This document shows positions 37,601-51,038 of a stretch of DNA of 64,000 bases, piece by piece (the stretch's first letter is position 1; each line of letters begins with the position of its first letter). The translations under genes and the position numbers were made by a program. The notes below the pieces were generated by a model, which was not told the DNA's origin, made no database searches, and saw only the letters and a list, made by a program, of their open reading frames with translations. The DNA comes from Octopus vulgaris (lineage: Eukaryota), in NCBI GenBank assembly GCA_951406725.2, contig OX597817.1, positions 95,852,001-95,916,000 of the forward strand, in the 5' to 3' direction.

Positions 37601-39297
37601 GCGGTTACAATAGAATGTATTGACATTAGCGAAAAATATGTCCTACTAGCCATAGATGAAGTGGACACAAACTCAGCTGCTGGTCCAGACGGTTTCCCAG
37701 CCATCCTCCTCAAAGCGTGTAAGCATGCCCTGGCAAAACCCCTCAAGATTCTCTTCCAGAGCTTTCTTGCGAATGGCAAACTGCCAAGCAAGCTGAAGGA
37801 GGGAATAATATGCCCAATACATAAAGGGGGAAGTAGAGCAGATGCCAAAAACTATAGGCCTATCTCTCTGACTTCACACATCAGCAAAGTCATGGAACGG
37901 ATAGTCAGAAAGAAACTAATCGCATTCCTTGAGGAAAATAACTTGCTGAGTGATACCCAGCATGGTTTTCGACTAGGTAGGAGCTGCCTGACCCAGCTCT
38001 TACAGCATTATGACTGGGTGTTGAGGCAGTTACTCAACAAATCAAATGTGGACGTAATCTACCTTGATTTTGCAAAAGCTTTTGACAAGGTGAATCATGG
38101 TATGATATGCCACAAACTGCATGACCTTGGCATAGCTGGAAAACTTGGAGTGTGGTTGCATGACTTCCTGAAAGATAGGAGTCAGGCAGTAGTGGTTAAT
38201 GGAGCCACCTCTATGAACACACAAATAGTGAGCGGTGTTCCACAGGGCACTGTCTTGGGACCACTACTTTTTATAGTGGCCCTCTCAGATATGCCCTCAA
38301 ATGCCCGGATAGCCACTCTGGCCAGCTATGCAGACGATACGAAAGTCTCGCAGAAAATACAGAACCCCAGCGATGTTGCACACCTGCAGCAGGAGTTGGA
38401 CTCAATTTACAGATGGGCTGAGGATAATAATATGCAATTTAATGCTGAAAAATTCCAGGTCCTGCGCTACTAGCATCCAAAACTGAATATTAAACTTACA
38501 GGATACACCGGTCCACAGGGAATTTCAATCCCAGAGCCTAAGTCTGTGAGGGACCTGGGTATCGACATGAGTGATGATACCTCTTTCCAAGTGCACGTTA
38601 CCAGGATGGCGACAAAGTGCAGACAACTGGCTGGGTGGATCCTAAGAACATTCAGAACCAGAGATAAGGAAACCATGATGGTCCTCTGGCGGACATTCGT
38701 CCTCAGCCGCCTGGATTACTGCTCACAGCTATGGTCACTCACCAGTGTAAAATTAACAGCGGACCTTGAAGCAATCCAGAGAAGATTCACAAAGAAGATC
38801 GTCTCTTTGCAACAGCTCAGCTACTGGGAAAGGTTGAAACAGCTAAGACTCTACTCCCTGGAGAGAAGACGGGAGAGGTATGCAGTAATATATGTCTTGA
38901 AGATCCTGGAAGGAATTGTGCCAAATTTTGGCATTGTAAGCTACACCAATGCTAGAACGGGACGACACTGCATAATGCCAAAGATCCCAGCAATGCCATC
39001 ACGCTTCAGGACCAGCTACTGCACAAGCCTGGGTTTCAAGGGCCCACAGCTTTTTAATATTCTCCCAAAGAGTCTGAGGAACATGCACAAAGTAGATGTA
39101 GCGGTTTTTAAATCAAAGCTGGACATCTTCCTGTCAAGAGTCCCAGATGAACCTACCTCACGGCAAGAGGTGCAAATGAGAGTAGCTATATCAAACTCCA
39201 TTCTTCACCAAGTGCCACATATTAGACGAGGTTCGTCGTAATAACAGTGTAGCACAAAACGGCGGTGCATCAGTATGGCCGCAGCTCTGAGCTGAAA

Positions 39298-39300
<3 letters not shown>
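34620..39300 (+). mobile_element. Near full-length LINE (CR1/L2 group): pyrimidine-rich 5' region, ORF1-like part, APE + RT, several disruptions
   Basis: APE motifs IALVETHL, GGVAVY, MGDFNFP, PTR.NNILDL, SDH; RT motifs NYRPISLTS, YLDFAKAFD, SGVPQGTVLGPLLF, YADD; tail at 39261-39300 then (TA)n; 5' boundary approximate. Confidence 0.9.
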
Positions 39301-39345
<45 letters not shown>

Positions 39346-39719
39346 ATGTATACATATACAATCTGTCAGTAGTTCACAAATCCGAAAAGAAGCACACTCT
39401 AAAGCTTGGCGGGTTTCTTTCAGTTTTACTCTACTAAATCCACTCAGAAGACTTTGGTCGGCCTGAGGCTGTAGTAGAAGACACTAGCCAAATGTGCCTT
39501 GCAATGGGACTGAACTCAAAATCATGTGGTTGGGAAGTCATGAGGCTGGGAAGCTATACCTGTTCCTGTATATACGCACATAAAGTAGATGCTTGAAAAT
39601 ACCTGTGGATAGAGACTTGTCCGTGGGTGATTTTATGTTAATTAATCGGATATTTCATTTTCGTTGTCGTCTACGATTTCAGCAGCATAAAGATACTCCT
39701 TGTTGTACCATTATTTCCC

Positions 39720-39750
<31 letters not shown>

Positions 39751-40274
39751 TGTATGTATGTATGTATGTATGTATGTATGTATGTATGTATGTATGTATG
39801 TGTGTATGCATGCATATATGTGTCTGTGTGTGTATGTATGTATGTATTTATGTATGTATGCATATATGTACAGACATATACACATCATATATAATTTATA
39901 AGTAGATATGTTTGTTACCCAAATAAATGCCCAATATTCGTAGGTATAAATCTGATATTACAATCCTAGGCAGTAAGTTGTAAATCTAATATTTACCACT
40001 AGTATTCGGACGTCTGCCTGTATTACTCACAAACTTTTACCAACTACTAATATTTTATGCAAAACACTATTAACCTTATAAATTTTCATTTCAACATTTA
40101 ATGATTGAGAGAGAAAAAAAATCTATACGTATATACGTAAGTGCAGTAGTCGGCAAGATTAACCTGGCGTTATGCTATTTGAAACTTATCTTCGCTAAGC
40201 ATTTTAGAAAGTGTCTGAACATTACAGCTTTTTATTTTTATTTTGAATTAATGTTTACTCTATTCTCATTTCAG

Positions 40275-40870
40275 TTTGCAACAAAACTCAAGAAACAGAT
40301 TTGATGTTCGTAGTCAATAACCATTTGATAGGATATAATAAGACAGAGAAAATTGTGAATGTAGTTGCTGAGATTATCGACCTTCTCGGTAACGAATCGC
40401 CCATCCGCACTGGAATGATGTACGATGACTGTGAAACAAAAGAAGATATTCCCCTCGGTTCTTTACAAGAAAAAACAGCTTTCATTCAGAGAATAGATAA
40501 AATAAAGTTTAATAGTTTTGCGGGGATGATTAGAAAACTCCGATTAAATGTTTTTCCGGTGGAAGACATAAAGACAAAGAATTCATCTCGGCGAATCGGC
40601 TTTCTTTTCCTGGATGAAGTGTCAAATATAAACGACTTCAACGTCATTAGAGAAGTGAAACGAAGTTTAGGCAATGGTATTCAGTTATACGTTGTTGTGA
40701 TCGGTGACAGAGTCGATATTTCTACCATTGAACGTAACATAGCTCCACGGGAACGAATTATTATAATACCATCATACAACGATCTAAAGTCACTGTTGCC
40801 TTCAAAATTTACTGAAAAACTTTGCCGCTTAAAAGAATCTTCGCAACACTCGCAACTTGCAAGCACTTGA
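40275..40870 (+). CDS. Probable terminal exon with a divergent, MIDAS-less VWA-like domain
   Basis: tttcAG acceptor ending 40274, phase 1 (matches donor at 3490); CNKTQETDLMFVV, RRIGFLFLD, GIQLYVVVIG, IIPSYNDL; stop at 40870; AATAAA near 41648. Confidence 0.75.
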
Positions 40871-42689
40871 AATTTGATAAGAGTTATATTTTTATTCAGT
40901 GACCAATTTATTTACCAAAATATCGTCTGGTTTCCTTTTGCCACAAAATAATATGAAAACTTTAATGTGTGTATTCCATTGAAACAAAAAATATTTATTT
41001 CTAGTTATTTAAAACGCAATCAATAATTAAAGATAACAGTTGCAATATATTATTTATTGCAAAAAGAACTTGTTTATTGGCATCGTGAAGTATGTTGTCC
41101 GTTCCATTGTGTTCCATATGTCATTTTCCTCCTATGTCAGAACAATTCAGGTTATAATACTACTTTATTCGCTTAAGGAAAAATTTCCACTTGCAAATAA
41201 TATTTATTTTTCTTTTAAGATAATTTTTTTTTCTCGTTAAAGCCGATTTCTGTTTAAATTGAACGATAGAGGGGCAGTTTGATGGCTAAAGTGGTTATCC
41301 AAAATTAGGTAAAAACTATTTTAAGGCTCAGAGCAATAATAACAATATGTTGGAAATTTCTTATCATCATAAAACAACTATAACTGCAAACTATGACACA
41401 TAAAATTCATACCGTCAGATTCTACTTTATCATATCGCTTGAAAACACGTTCATATTCTAGTTTTGCAGAATATGATATTATAGACCTCACAATAGTTTA
41501 GAACAATAAGTTTTAGTAACATGTAATCATTATATAACTAGAAAATATTTTAAAATGAACTACTCAATGAAACACGCGATATATGAAAACGTAGCTGCTG
41601 CTATTGTGGAGATATTTTATTAGATATTAAATAATGATACAGCATTATAAATAAAACACTGCACTGAAAATGTTCATATATCAATAACAATCATCCTTTC
41701 ACAAATTACTGGGCCTTCATAAATTTTTGTAATAAACATGACTACGTACATATATACACACACACACACACACAATTTTATTAACGCCGGAAAATCTTCC
41801 CAGAGTTTCACGTGACTGTTCGTCAGTCGTGATACAACAGAATAATTATTCTGCTTTATCGCAACTGTTTGACGAATAATTAAAAAATAGCATTTTGCTC
41901 TACCTTTTTGGTATTTCAGTGCTATTTCCCCCACCTTGTTTTGTGCTTATGAGCTTGCTTGTGGGTATGACAGATGTCTGGATGTCAATATGTTAATATT
42001 TTCCTTTCTTGTTACACTTTTTAGATATAGTATAATTATTTGGCAAATGCCAAATACGTTTGAGTGTATAGCTACAGATATATATGTACTTATACAAAAT
42101 ATAAAATTTGGCTTTGCTATCATCAGGTGTTTCAGAGTTTCATCCCACTGCGCGGTAATTTGGGCAAATATCTTCTAGACCTGTACGGAAACCCATTATG
42201 CATGAAACATGAAAAAAGAAAATGGTTAGGTTACCTTCTCAAGTTATGCCGACTCATAAGGGCCGGTTTGCCTGTTTCCATGGCGTGTACATTTTCCACC
42301 TAGACGGGAAAACGGTCCGGCGTTGGATTATACAGTTTTGTTTGCTGGGTGGACTGGAGCAACGTGACAATAAGTGCTTTGCCCAAGAACACAACGTATC
42401 ACCCGGTCCAAGAATCGAAACCACAATCTTATGATCACGAGTCCAACACCTCTAACCACTAAGCTACGCGCCTCCACAAACAAGTTGTCAATTGTGGAAC
42501 ACGACTGTCACTACATAAACCTGATGATTAGTAACGCATGAAAGTACTAGTTTATTTCAGTATTGTAATATTGTAGAACTGTAAAATTGCAAAACTTGCA
42601 AATAATAAAACGTGAAAATCAAACTAACTTGGAATTTCATTGATTAATATATATATATATATATATATATGTAAAAAAGAAGTTTGAAA

Positions 42690-43557
42690 ACGCCACTATA
42701 TTAGATAAATTTTAATTTTCTTAGGAATTTTACGTTTTTCGGTTCTTGAAAAAACGAACCTTATCAAAAATATTTTAAAAAGTTAAGTGTAATAGAAAAG
42801 TTTATAATTGTTTCTTACTGGTCTCAATAGAATCCATGTGGTTGTGTTTTGTCGGTAGTAGGTATAATAGCTATAAATTTCAAGTTGAGTGTAATAAAGA
42901 AGTTCATAATTGTTTCTTACTGGTTTCAACAGGATCCACGTGGTTGTTTTTTAGCTTTCTTGTGTTCGAATGACCCGCGACTGAAATGGTAGTAGCAGTA
43001 GTGATTGTTGGTCGTAGTAGTAGTAACCATGGTGGTGGTTGGGGTTGCAGCAGCTCATTGGTTGTAGCGGCTTAGCTGTGGCAGTAGTAGCAGCAGCAGA
43101 ATGACCAGTGGCTGAAATGGCAGTAGTAACAGTTACTGTTGGTCGTAGTAGTGGTAACCGTGGTGGTGGTTGGGGTTGCAGCAGTTAAGCTGTGGCCGTA
43201 GCAGCAGCAGCAGTAGTGGAGGACTGTTGATCTTAGAAGTAATAGTAGTGACCATGGTGGTTGTAGTAGTAGTAATAGTGGAAGCAGTCGTAGTGATCGT
43301 GGTGGTTGTGGTAGAATTCCATTTTTCTTTTCGGAAGATCAATGTTTTGTTTTAATATTCCTGGTCCAGGGTGTTCAAACTTGGTCTAAATTTTTTAATG
43401 AAATAAAGTTCTTTATTTTGGCGTTGAGTGAAGGTTACGCTGTCACTGAATTTGTAAAGTGGGCAAGTTGTAAATTTCGGATTTTTATTTGAAGCATATA
43501 TATCTATGTGTCCGCTGACTGGTATTTTCCGGTATTCAGGATTTCTAATTTGGGATT

Positions 43558-43560
<3 letters not shown>
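42690..43560 (-). mobile_element. Penelope-like 3' relic with GIY-YIG C-terminus and degenerate hammerhead-like end
   Basis: Minus-strand RQNKELYFIKKFRPSLN near 43375-43425; near 42727-42773 uuuUGAUAA-GGUUC..GAACC-GAAA..GUA. Confidence 0.5.
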
Positions 43561-43625
<65 letters not shown>

Positions 43626-43692
43626 TACAGCCTTAGCTGTGATAATAGCTATGTAAGATATAAACACCTGTTTATAATATACAACATTCTCT

Positions 43693-43734
<42 letters not shown>

Positions 43735-43737
<3 letters not shown>

Positions 43738-44300
43738 GGTCAGCTGGAATGCTTTTCCAATCACAGGTCTTCTTTCAGGATTCCGGAAAGACGATTCGTC
43801 ACATCCATGGCTAGCCACTTGTGGCGCCTCAGTAATGAAGGAACCCCATACGATATCAAGTGGAGGATCTTAGAGCGACCGGGATCCTACATCAACAGGA
43901 GCGAACGCTGCAAGCTTTGCATAGCCGAGCTAGCAAGGATACTAAGACACCCTGAAACCTGGATCACTGAACACTCGCCAGACAATTTACAGTTCCTGCA
44001 TCTACTTCAAGCGCTACTTGCTGCAAGCATGGAATTCTCCGTTCTCCAGTTAAGCCCAGAAGGGTCCTTACGACCAAAAAGCCGGCAAAAAACTGATCTA
44101 AAGGAGATAACCCGTCCTCACTGACCCCGGGCTATTTATTCTCTGATGACCAACTGACCAAATGACCGTAACGGATTCCTGCCTCCTAGAGGTGAAGAGT
44201 TACATTTGTCTTCGGCTTTAGAGTCTGACGAGGCGTCCACGAGGTTAAAGCCTTTGTGAATGCGAAACCATTGGTCACCCTACGACTGGACATATATAAC
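43735..44300 (+). mobile_element. Penelope-like GIY-YIG 3' fragment followed by a hammerhead
   Basis: MASHLWRL..YDIKWRILER..SY..CKLCIAE resembles the endonuclease at 8889-9389. Confidence 0.8.
44219..44282 (+). ncRNA. Type I hammerhead ribozyme candidate
   Basis: UAGAGU-CUGACGA-g-GCGU-c-CACGAGG-uuaaag-CCUUUGUG-a-AUGC-GAAAC-CAUUG-GUC|ACCCUA. Confidence 0.7.
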
Positions 44301-44401
44301 ATACATACAAGACGTGTATATATACAATTATATTCTCTTCAATTATTCTGTCTCCTTCTCTTGTCCTTTTTGTACTTTGCTTACTCTTCAGCCTTTCTCG
44401 T

Positions 44402-44455
<54 letters not shown>

Positions 44456-45664
44456 TACTCTTGCTCTTACTACCACTTAAATTGTATCACCATTTCCTAT
44501 TATCGAAGATTTTTTTTTCTACTATGTCTGCAATGTAAACAGTCATGAGCAATTTGATAATGTTATTTTGTTTTCTACTTTCTTACTTTCAATTCTTTTA
44601 CTTGTCATTTATAAAGAATACACTCCGAAATGTTTATTGTCGGCATTTTCTTTGAATACATTTTTTATTGTTGTTTTGTTTTACTTTTTTGTGCTTTCCT
44701 ACTTCTCAAGTTCCTTGCCTTGTTTCTTTTCTATCAAGATCTCTCTCCCTCTCTTTCTTTCTCTCTAGATATACGTGCGTGTGCGGGAACTTTTAATCAC
44801 CGTGGTGTACAAAACGCATGCATTCTGCCTCCCAATTTTCATCCGATTCTATTGGTCTCTTGACTAAAACTCTGAACCAATTTTATAGAATCCTTCTCCC
44901 CACCGAATTGTTAACCATGATTGTTCTGTAAGCAGTATTCCCATGGATGGAGCCTCTAAATGTATGTTGTACATTCATTTCCATACATCACACACTGGGT
45001 AATTCTCCTCAAAAACTAAATTACAGGCTCACCACCATGTAGTCATTACATACCAATGTAAAAACACTCCTGGTAACTTCAAACCATCAAGATAGCCGAC
45101 CCTACCTATAGCCAGCCCCCATCAATCTTTGTCTTTCATTATTCATTCTTCCCATCTATCTGTCTCTCTCACTATCCACCTACGAGGGGTAAATCTCGAT
45201 CATTGGAAACTTGCCAAGTATATGACTTGCAAGCTTGTACCAAATGCTGTAGAACGACAAACAACACAATATATAAAGTAATCTATTGATACTCCACCAG
45301 GAAACACAATTTTCAGAACAAAATAATCATGAAGATAAGGCGAATATTTAAGTCCGACATCGAAGCCCAGGATACGATGGGAAAATTTAACATTCTGCAG
45401 TAATACTGGTGGAATAAAAATGAGAGTTACCGTGCAAACTGAAGAGCCAATATTGTTGACGCATTGGCGAAATGACAAGTCTATTGAAGTAATTGGTGAA
45501 TCAACTTTCAATATGATGATTGTTATAACAAGATGCAACAAACCTTTTAAATCACAGAATATGCACAGTTCGTTTCACTAAAAATGAATAGTGACATGTC
45601 TTTGAAATACCTGGATACATTTACGGAATGCGTTTTACGACTTATAAGTTTTTTTATATCCTAG

Positions 45665-46860
45665 TGTTGGATATATAATTTAACGAAGCAGGGAAAATAA
45701 AGTATTTACACGATGCAATACAATTACTATTACACCAGACTCAACCCTCTCAATCAATGGATCACAATGAACCGCTTACTAAACAATTTCTCACCGTTCT
45801 TTATTTTATAACAATATGTCAGTCCACTTTTAGTTAGGGTGGTCGAAATCCTTTCACATCTCCCCTTAACTTCTTATGCTTAGGGTTGATTTCCAGTGTT
45901 TCCGTTCTTTTCCAGTTTCTGGTGCTAGAGCGTGTAGTTTCAAATTGTCTGGGTGTTGGTATCTCAAATTTCCATGGGGATTTCATTTCTCGTGATTATT
46001 TTTCCGTGAATCTTCTTTAAAGTTCGTTAGTATATCTTTTATATTCGACATTTTCCATTTTTACCAGGAATAACATTCTTCCAATTTGTTTCATAATTAC
46101 ACCGTCCTCCCAGTTTTCATTGTAGGCTTAAAAAACTTTGTCACCTAACTTGAGGTATTTTGAAGTATATTTGTTTGCCTTTTTTCTAGTTTCACTCGGT
46201 ACCAACTTATCAAAAACAGATCTGATCTTTCTAACAAACATCAATTCTGTGGGTGACATTCCAGATGGGGTATTTGGATTAGGTGTTACTTGTTACACTC
46301 TTAGAAGTTGTTGAAGTGCTAGATCGTCTATTACTTCATTATTCGCCTTTTTTAATGCCTTTTTAATTCGCTTTTTTTAATGTCAACAAAACGCACCGCT
46401 TGTCCATAGGATGATACGGCGGAGTGGTGACATGTTCAATCACGTACATTTTACAAAATTTTCTGAACTCGTCTGTTGTAAATTGAGTTCCATTATCAGA
46501 CACAATAGTATCGGGAATACCATATCTGGCGAACAATTCGTGTGAAAAACTTACTGTAACGCAGATTTCGGCTTTTTACATTTATGCACTTCCAGCCACT
46601 TTGAAAAACTGTCCACGATAACAAGGTAATATGAACCCTTAAGTGGACCTGCGTAATCAACATACAATCTGGACGGTGGAATATCTGTTTTGGGACCATG
46701 ATTGTTATTTAGTGGTAAGTGCTTTTGCAGCTAGGGCACACCCTCTGCGTACTTTCAATAGTTCTTCAATGTCACGGTCTATTGTTGGGCAATATACATA
46801 ACTTCTCATTAACGATTTCATTCTCAAAGTCTCTGGGTGACCAATGAGAAATTCCTTTAG
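45665..46860 (-). mobile_element. Ty3/gypsy relic: integrase fragment, polypurine tract and 3' LTR (45665-45858)
   Basis: Minus-strand GHP.T.RMKSLMRSYVY.P, YGIPDTIVSDNGTQFT and TPNPNTP..SPTELMF; PPT gttaaggggaga followed by a TG...CA LTR. Confidence 0.75.
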
Positions 46861-47267
46861 TAATCGCTTCTATAGTGTGGCTGACACTTTCTATTTTTAA
46901 ACTTGAAACACACCCACAAGAAAATTAAGCAAAAAGATAAAGTACATTTTTGATTATCCTTGGATTTCACCGCGGGTATACTTTCATATTTTAAAGCAAA
47001 ATATTTTAAAGCAAAATACACAAATATGGAAAGTGAAAGACTATCAATATTTATGCCTGTGTCATTAGAATGCAGACACACACACACACACACACTTTGT
47101 AAAGGTATATAATTTATCTTTTACATGTTTCAGTCATTGGACTGCTGCCATGCTACGGCACCACATTGAAAGGTTTTAGCGAAGGAATCGACCTCAGTAC
47201 TTATTTTTAAAGCCTGGTACTTTTTCTATCAGTCTCTGTTGCCGAAGGGCCAACTTTCGGGGATGTA

Positions 47268-47299
<32 letters not shown>

Positions 47300-47305
<6 letters not shown>

Positions 47306-47603
47306 ATCACGTGACCGACCAGACCATTAGATGTTGTTACACATCGCCGGTCACAATGCGTTCGCATTGTTTTAGCCTTCGAATGACGCCACCCCGCTGG
47401 CTAAGCGAGCAGGCCATGAGAAGAAAGAGTGGGAGAAAGAGTGGTGAAAGAGTACAGCAGGGATCACCACCTCCTGCCGGAGCCTCGTGGACCTTTTAGG
47501 TGTTTTCGCTCAATAAACACTCATAACGCCCGGTCTGGGAATCGAAACCGCGATCCTGCGACCGCGAGTCCGCTGCCCTAACCACTAGGCCATTGCGCCT
47601 CCA
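47300..47603 (-). mobile_element. Second tRNA-derived SINE family
   Basis: Head ggaggcgcaatggcctagtggttagggcagcggactc...ggtttcgattcc with A and B boxes; related tRNA-like heads near 42400-42476, 3900-3970 and 25590-25650. Confidence 0.7.
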
Positions 47604-48119
47604 CACACACACACACACATATATATATATACGCACACACACATAAACATGAGTGTGCGCGTGAGCATGTGTGTGCGCGCGCGTATGTACGTGTATGCGT
47701 GTGTTTGTGAGTGCGCGCCGGGCTTCATCCTTTCAGTAGCCGTCTATCAAATCTATTCATAAGTCTTTGGCCGACTTGGGGCAATAGTAGAGGACACCTG
47801 ACCAAGATTCCACGCAGTAGGGGAGGACCTGAAAGCATGTGGTTGAGAAGAAAACTTCTTACCGCACAGCCATGCCTGTGCCTATACATACATACATACA
47901 TACATACATACATACATACATACATACATACATACATACATACATACATACATACATACATACATACATACATACATACATACATACATACATACATACA
48001 TACATACATACATACATACATACATACAGACATGCATACATACATACATACATACATACATACATACATACATACATACATACATACATACATACATACA
48101 TTGCATTACATACATGTAG

Positions 48120-48610
48120 CTAGGACACTGCAAAATGAAATCCGTCGGAAAGATAACTCCGAGGAGAAAGAAATAAGAGCCCACAGTATCGTAGAATGCA
48201 TAGCCTCTCATAATAAAAAAGGTGTACTGCTGGAATGTCCCAGTGAAGACCTCAATAAAATGTAATCACAATAGACCTCATATAATGATTTCAGATAAAG
48301 AAGATAAACTGTGTAGAGCTGTGAAAATTAGCTACCCAGCGGATGTTAACAAAGTTGAAGATCAGTGAAAAAGGGAACAGCTAAGCTGAACTATTTAGAA
48401 ATTTGCAGTTACTCTATCCAGATTACAAGTTCAGGTTTATACCTGTAATTATTGGGGCCCTGGGATATGTAACACACTGCCTAAACACCAATCTTGAGAA
48501 ATTAGACTTCTCAAAACCAGAAAAGAGAAAGCTGATTCGAAGACTACAGATTCAATCCATCACTAGAACTGTAAAAATTTGTAAAACTTACCAGAAGCTT
48601 ATCATTTAAG
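48120..48610 (+). pseudogene. C-terminal restriction-like endonuclease fragment of an R4/Dong-like LINE
   Basis: Decayed RPxI..D..EDKL motif and YKFRFIPVIIGALG. Confidence 0.6.
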
Positions 48611-48620
48611 TATATATGAG

Positions 48621-48823
48621 CATTTATTTGCATATCTAGATATGCATATCTAGATATACATTTACTTGCATATCTAGATATGCATATCTAGATATACATT
48701 TACTTGCATATCTAGATATGCATATCTAGATATACATTTACTTGCATATCTAGATATGCATATCTAGATATACATTTACTTGCATATCTAGATATGCATA
48801 TCTAGATATGCAAGTAAATGTAT
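48621..48823. repeat. 5 x 38-bp palindromic minisatellite ending in a perfect 54-bp palindrome
   Basis: Unit catttacttgcatatctagatatgcatatctagatata starts at 48621, 48659, 48697, 48735 and 48773; 48770-48823 is self-complementary. Confidence 0.92.
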
Positions 48824-49349
48824 GAGAAGACATGCCTAAAACAAAACATACAAACCTGCATGCAGACATACATACATACAAAAATACCCAGTTGTTGATG
48901 TTGAACTTTCAATGAAGGAGACTTGGATCTGGGTTAGAAACCGGCTCTTTATTGGCAAGAAATTCTGAAATAAAACTGAATGATGACATACATGCATACA
49001 TACATATATGCAACAACATTTTGTAAACAAATCTTTGGAAGCATCGAATGTGTTTTGTATTTTATAGACAAGAAAGCAAATTACGAATGCCGTGAAAACA
49101 ACAGAAAGAGTAGGTATTTTACCCTTATAAGACAGAAAAAGTTGTCAGCAGACAGCTATGGGAATTAAAATCGTACCTCTCCGATATAGGTTGAGTACTC
49201 TACTATTAAGCTAAACTGCACACTGACAGCAAAATGTTGTTGGATTCCAAAAGCTATTATTTAGCGTTTAATTTGACGCAAATTGCCAAGATACATATAT
49301 GTTTTATGTGTGTGTATGCATATGTGCGTGCGTGTAACCCAAAGACTAT

Positions 49350-50902
49350 AACCCAAACCTTGCATTTAACGTCAAGTGTGAACTGATTAAATCCGCGAAA
49401 TCTGAGATCGGGCAGGAGAGAGAGAGAAAATCGGGAAACTGAAATCCAAGAAATTCCTGTCTAAGATCAAGGAACTGGAAGTCTTTGAAAATGATGTTTT
49501 GGTCATTATGCTCCGCTTGAAAGTCCGTAAGACCTCTAACGCTATCCAACCTAATCTCGCAGCAAATATCAGCAGAGTAAAATCTTCTCGTAGGATCCTT
49601 CCTTTTTTCTGGTATGACTAAAAACCTAGAGTAAGTAGTGATACATATGTACAGCTACTTAGCAGCAGCATCACACAGACTTACAAGAGGGCTGACCCTC
49701 AAGCTTATGACAGCTTTAACTATGGAGCCAAAGATATGTTTAAACTAGGTGTAACGGTAGTGTAGAAATACTAACGAAGAAAAAGGCCTCTATTACGATC
49801 AAACACCAAAAGCCAAATTTTATTCAACCCTCAGTATAGGCTGATTAACTCCGCGAAATCTGAGACCAACAAAAAGAGTGAGATTAGGTAGGTCTACACT
49901 TGAGATTGAAGAAAAATGTTCGTGTAGAGGTAACGCAAGATGTCATTTTAATGACCACTGTTATTCGGAGGCCCCTGTTATATGAGGCAGAGTTAACACC
50001 AATGGGCCCAAATGGACAACCGAACGTGCAGAAGTATGTGGGAGCGACAGAAAGTCCATTCAGTACTAGATACAAGTACCACAAATCCTCCTTCAATATT
50101 TCAGAGAGACGAAATGCCAGTGCCATAGACCTGGCCACATACGTATGGTTGTTAAAAGAAAGCACCGTGGAATACTACATAAAGTGTAAAATCTTAGATA
50201 AGTGGAATAGCAGCAGGAATTGGTGATTATGTTTAGCCGTGAAAAAAGCCATATTAAAGAACTCTCAGCACCCAGACATCTATCTAAACTGCAGAAGTGG
50301 AATTTTTAGTGTTGTTCACACGAAAGGGAGTATATGTTATCATGCATGCATGCCTCATCGTGACTATAACCACCGGTTCTCCACCTTCAAAACATACACA
50401 AACAAATTCACCGGCACCTACGCGCCCTGACATGGGTGGATATCCACTCGCTACTCTTTTTCCGCCTCCACCAATATAAACTCACATACATATAGTACCC
50501 TTATACATATGCTATAACTATAAAAATACTCTAAAGAATTTAATCAGACATAAACAAAACACATACAAACAACCACTTATGCGCTTATGATTCTTTTGGG
50601 CATTCCATCAGCAACCCTATACACACCTAAAACGCTACATATATAGTACTACTGCACACATTTAAAAACCGACACTTCACCAACCCCTAAACATGTTTCA
50701 AGAAAGCTCATGTACCTCGGCAACACCCATTTGGTCGTTTGGTGCCAAGGGATATAACTCTTAACTTCATACTTCAGTTCCTTTCGTCTTTTATCTACAG
50801 CAACCACAAGGTGGGTGCATTTTTAGAATTCCAACAACAGAGAGCTATCGCGAAACCGATTGGTAAGATCAGCCGCAATAGATATAACACTGCACGCTTT
50901 GG

Positions 50903-50938
<36 letters not shown>

Positions 50939-50978
50939 TACATGCATACATACATACATGCATGCATGCATGCATACA

Positions 50979-51038
<60 letters not shown>

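Noticed and set aside
47520-47603. tRNA genes (also ~25590-25650, ~42400-42476, ~22680-22746)
   Set aside because: tRNA-like A/B boxes continue into SINE bodies; no complete cloverleaf is evident.
50221-50230. In-frame TGA near the CxxC of a GIY-YIG domain (also at 27151), suggesting selenocysteine as reported for some Naiad elements
   Set aside because: The TGA falls at non-Cys positions in decayed copies, and the best-preserved element (8889-9389) uses ordinary Cys codons.
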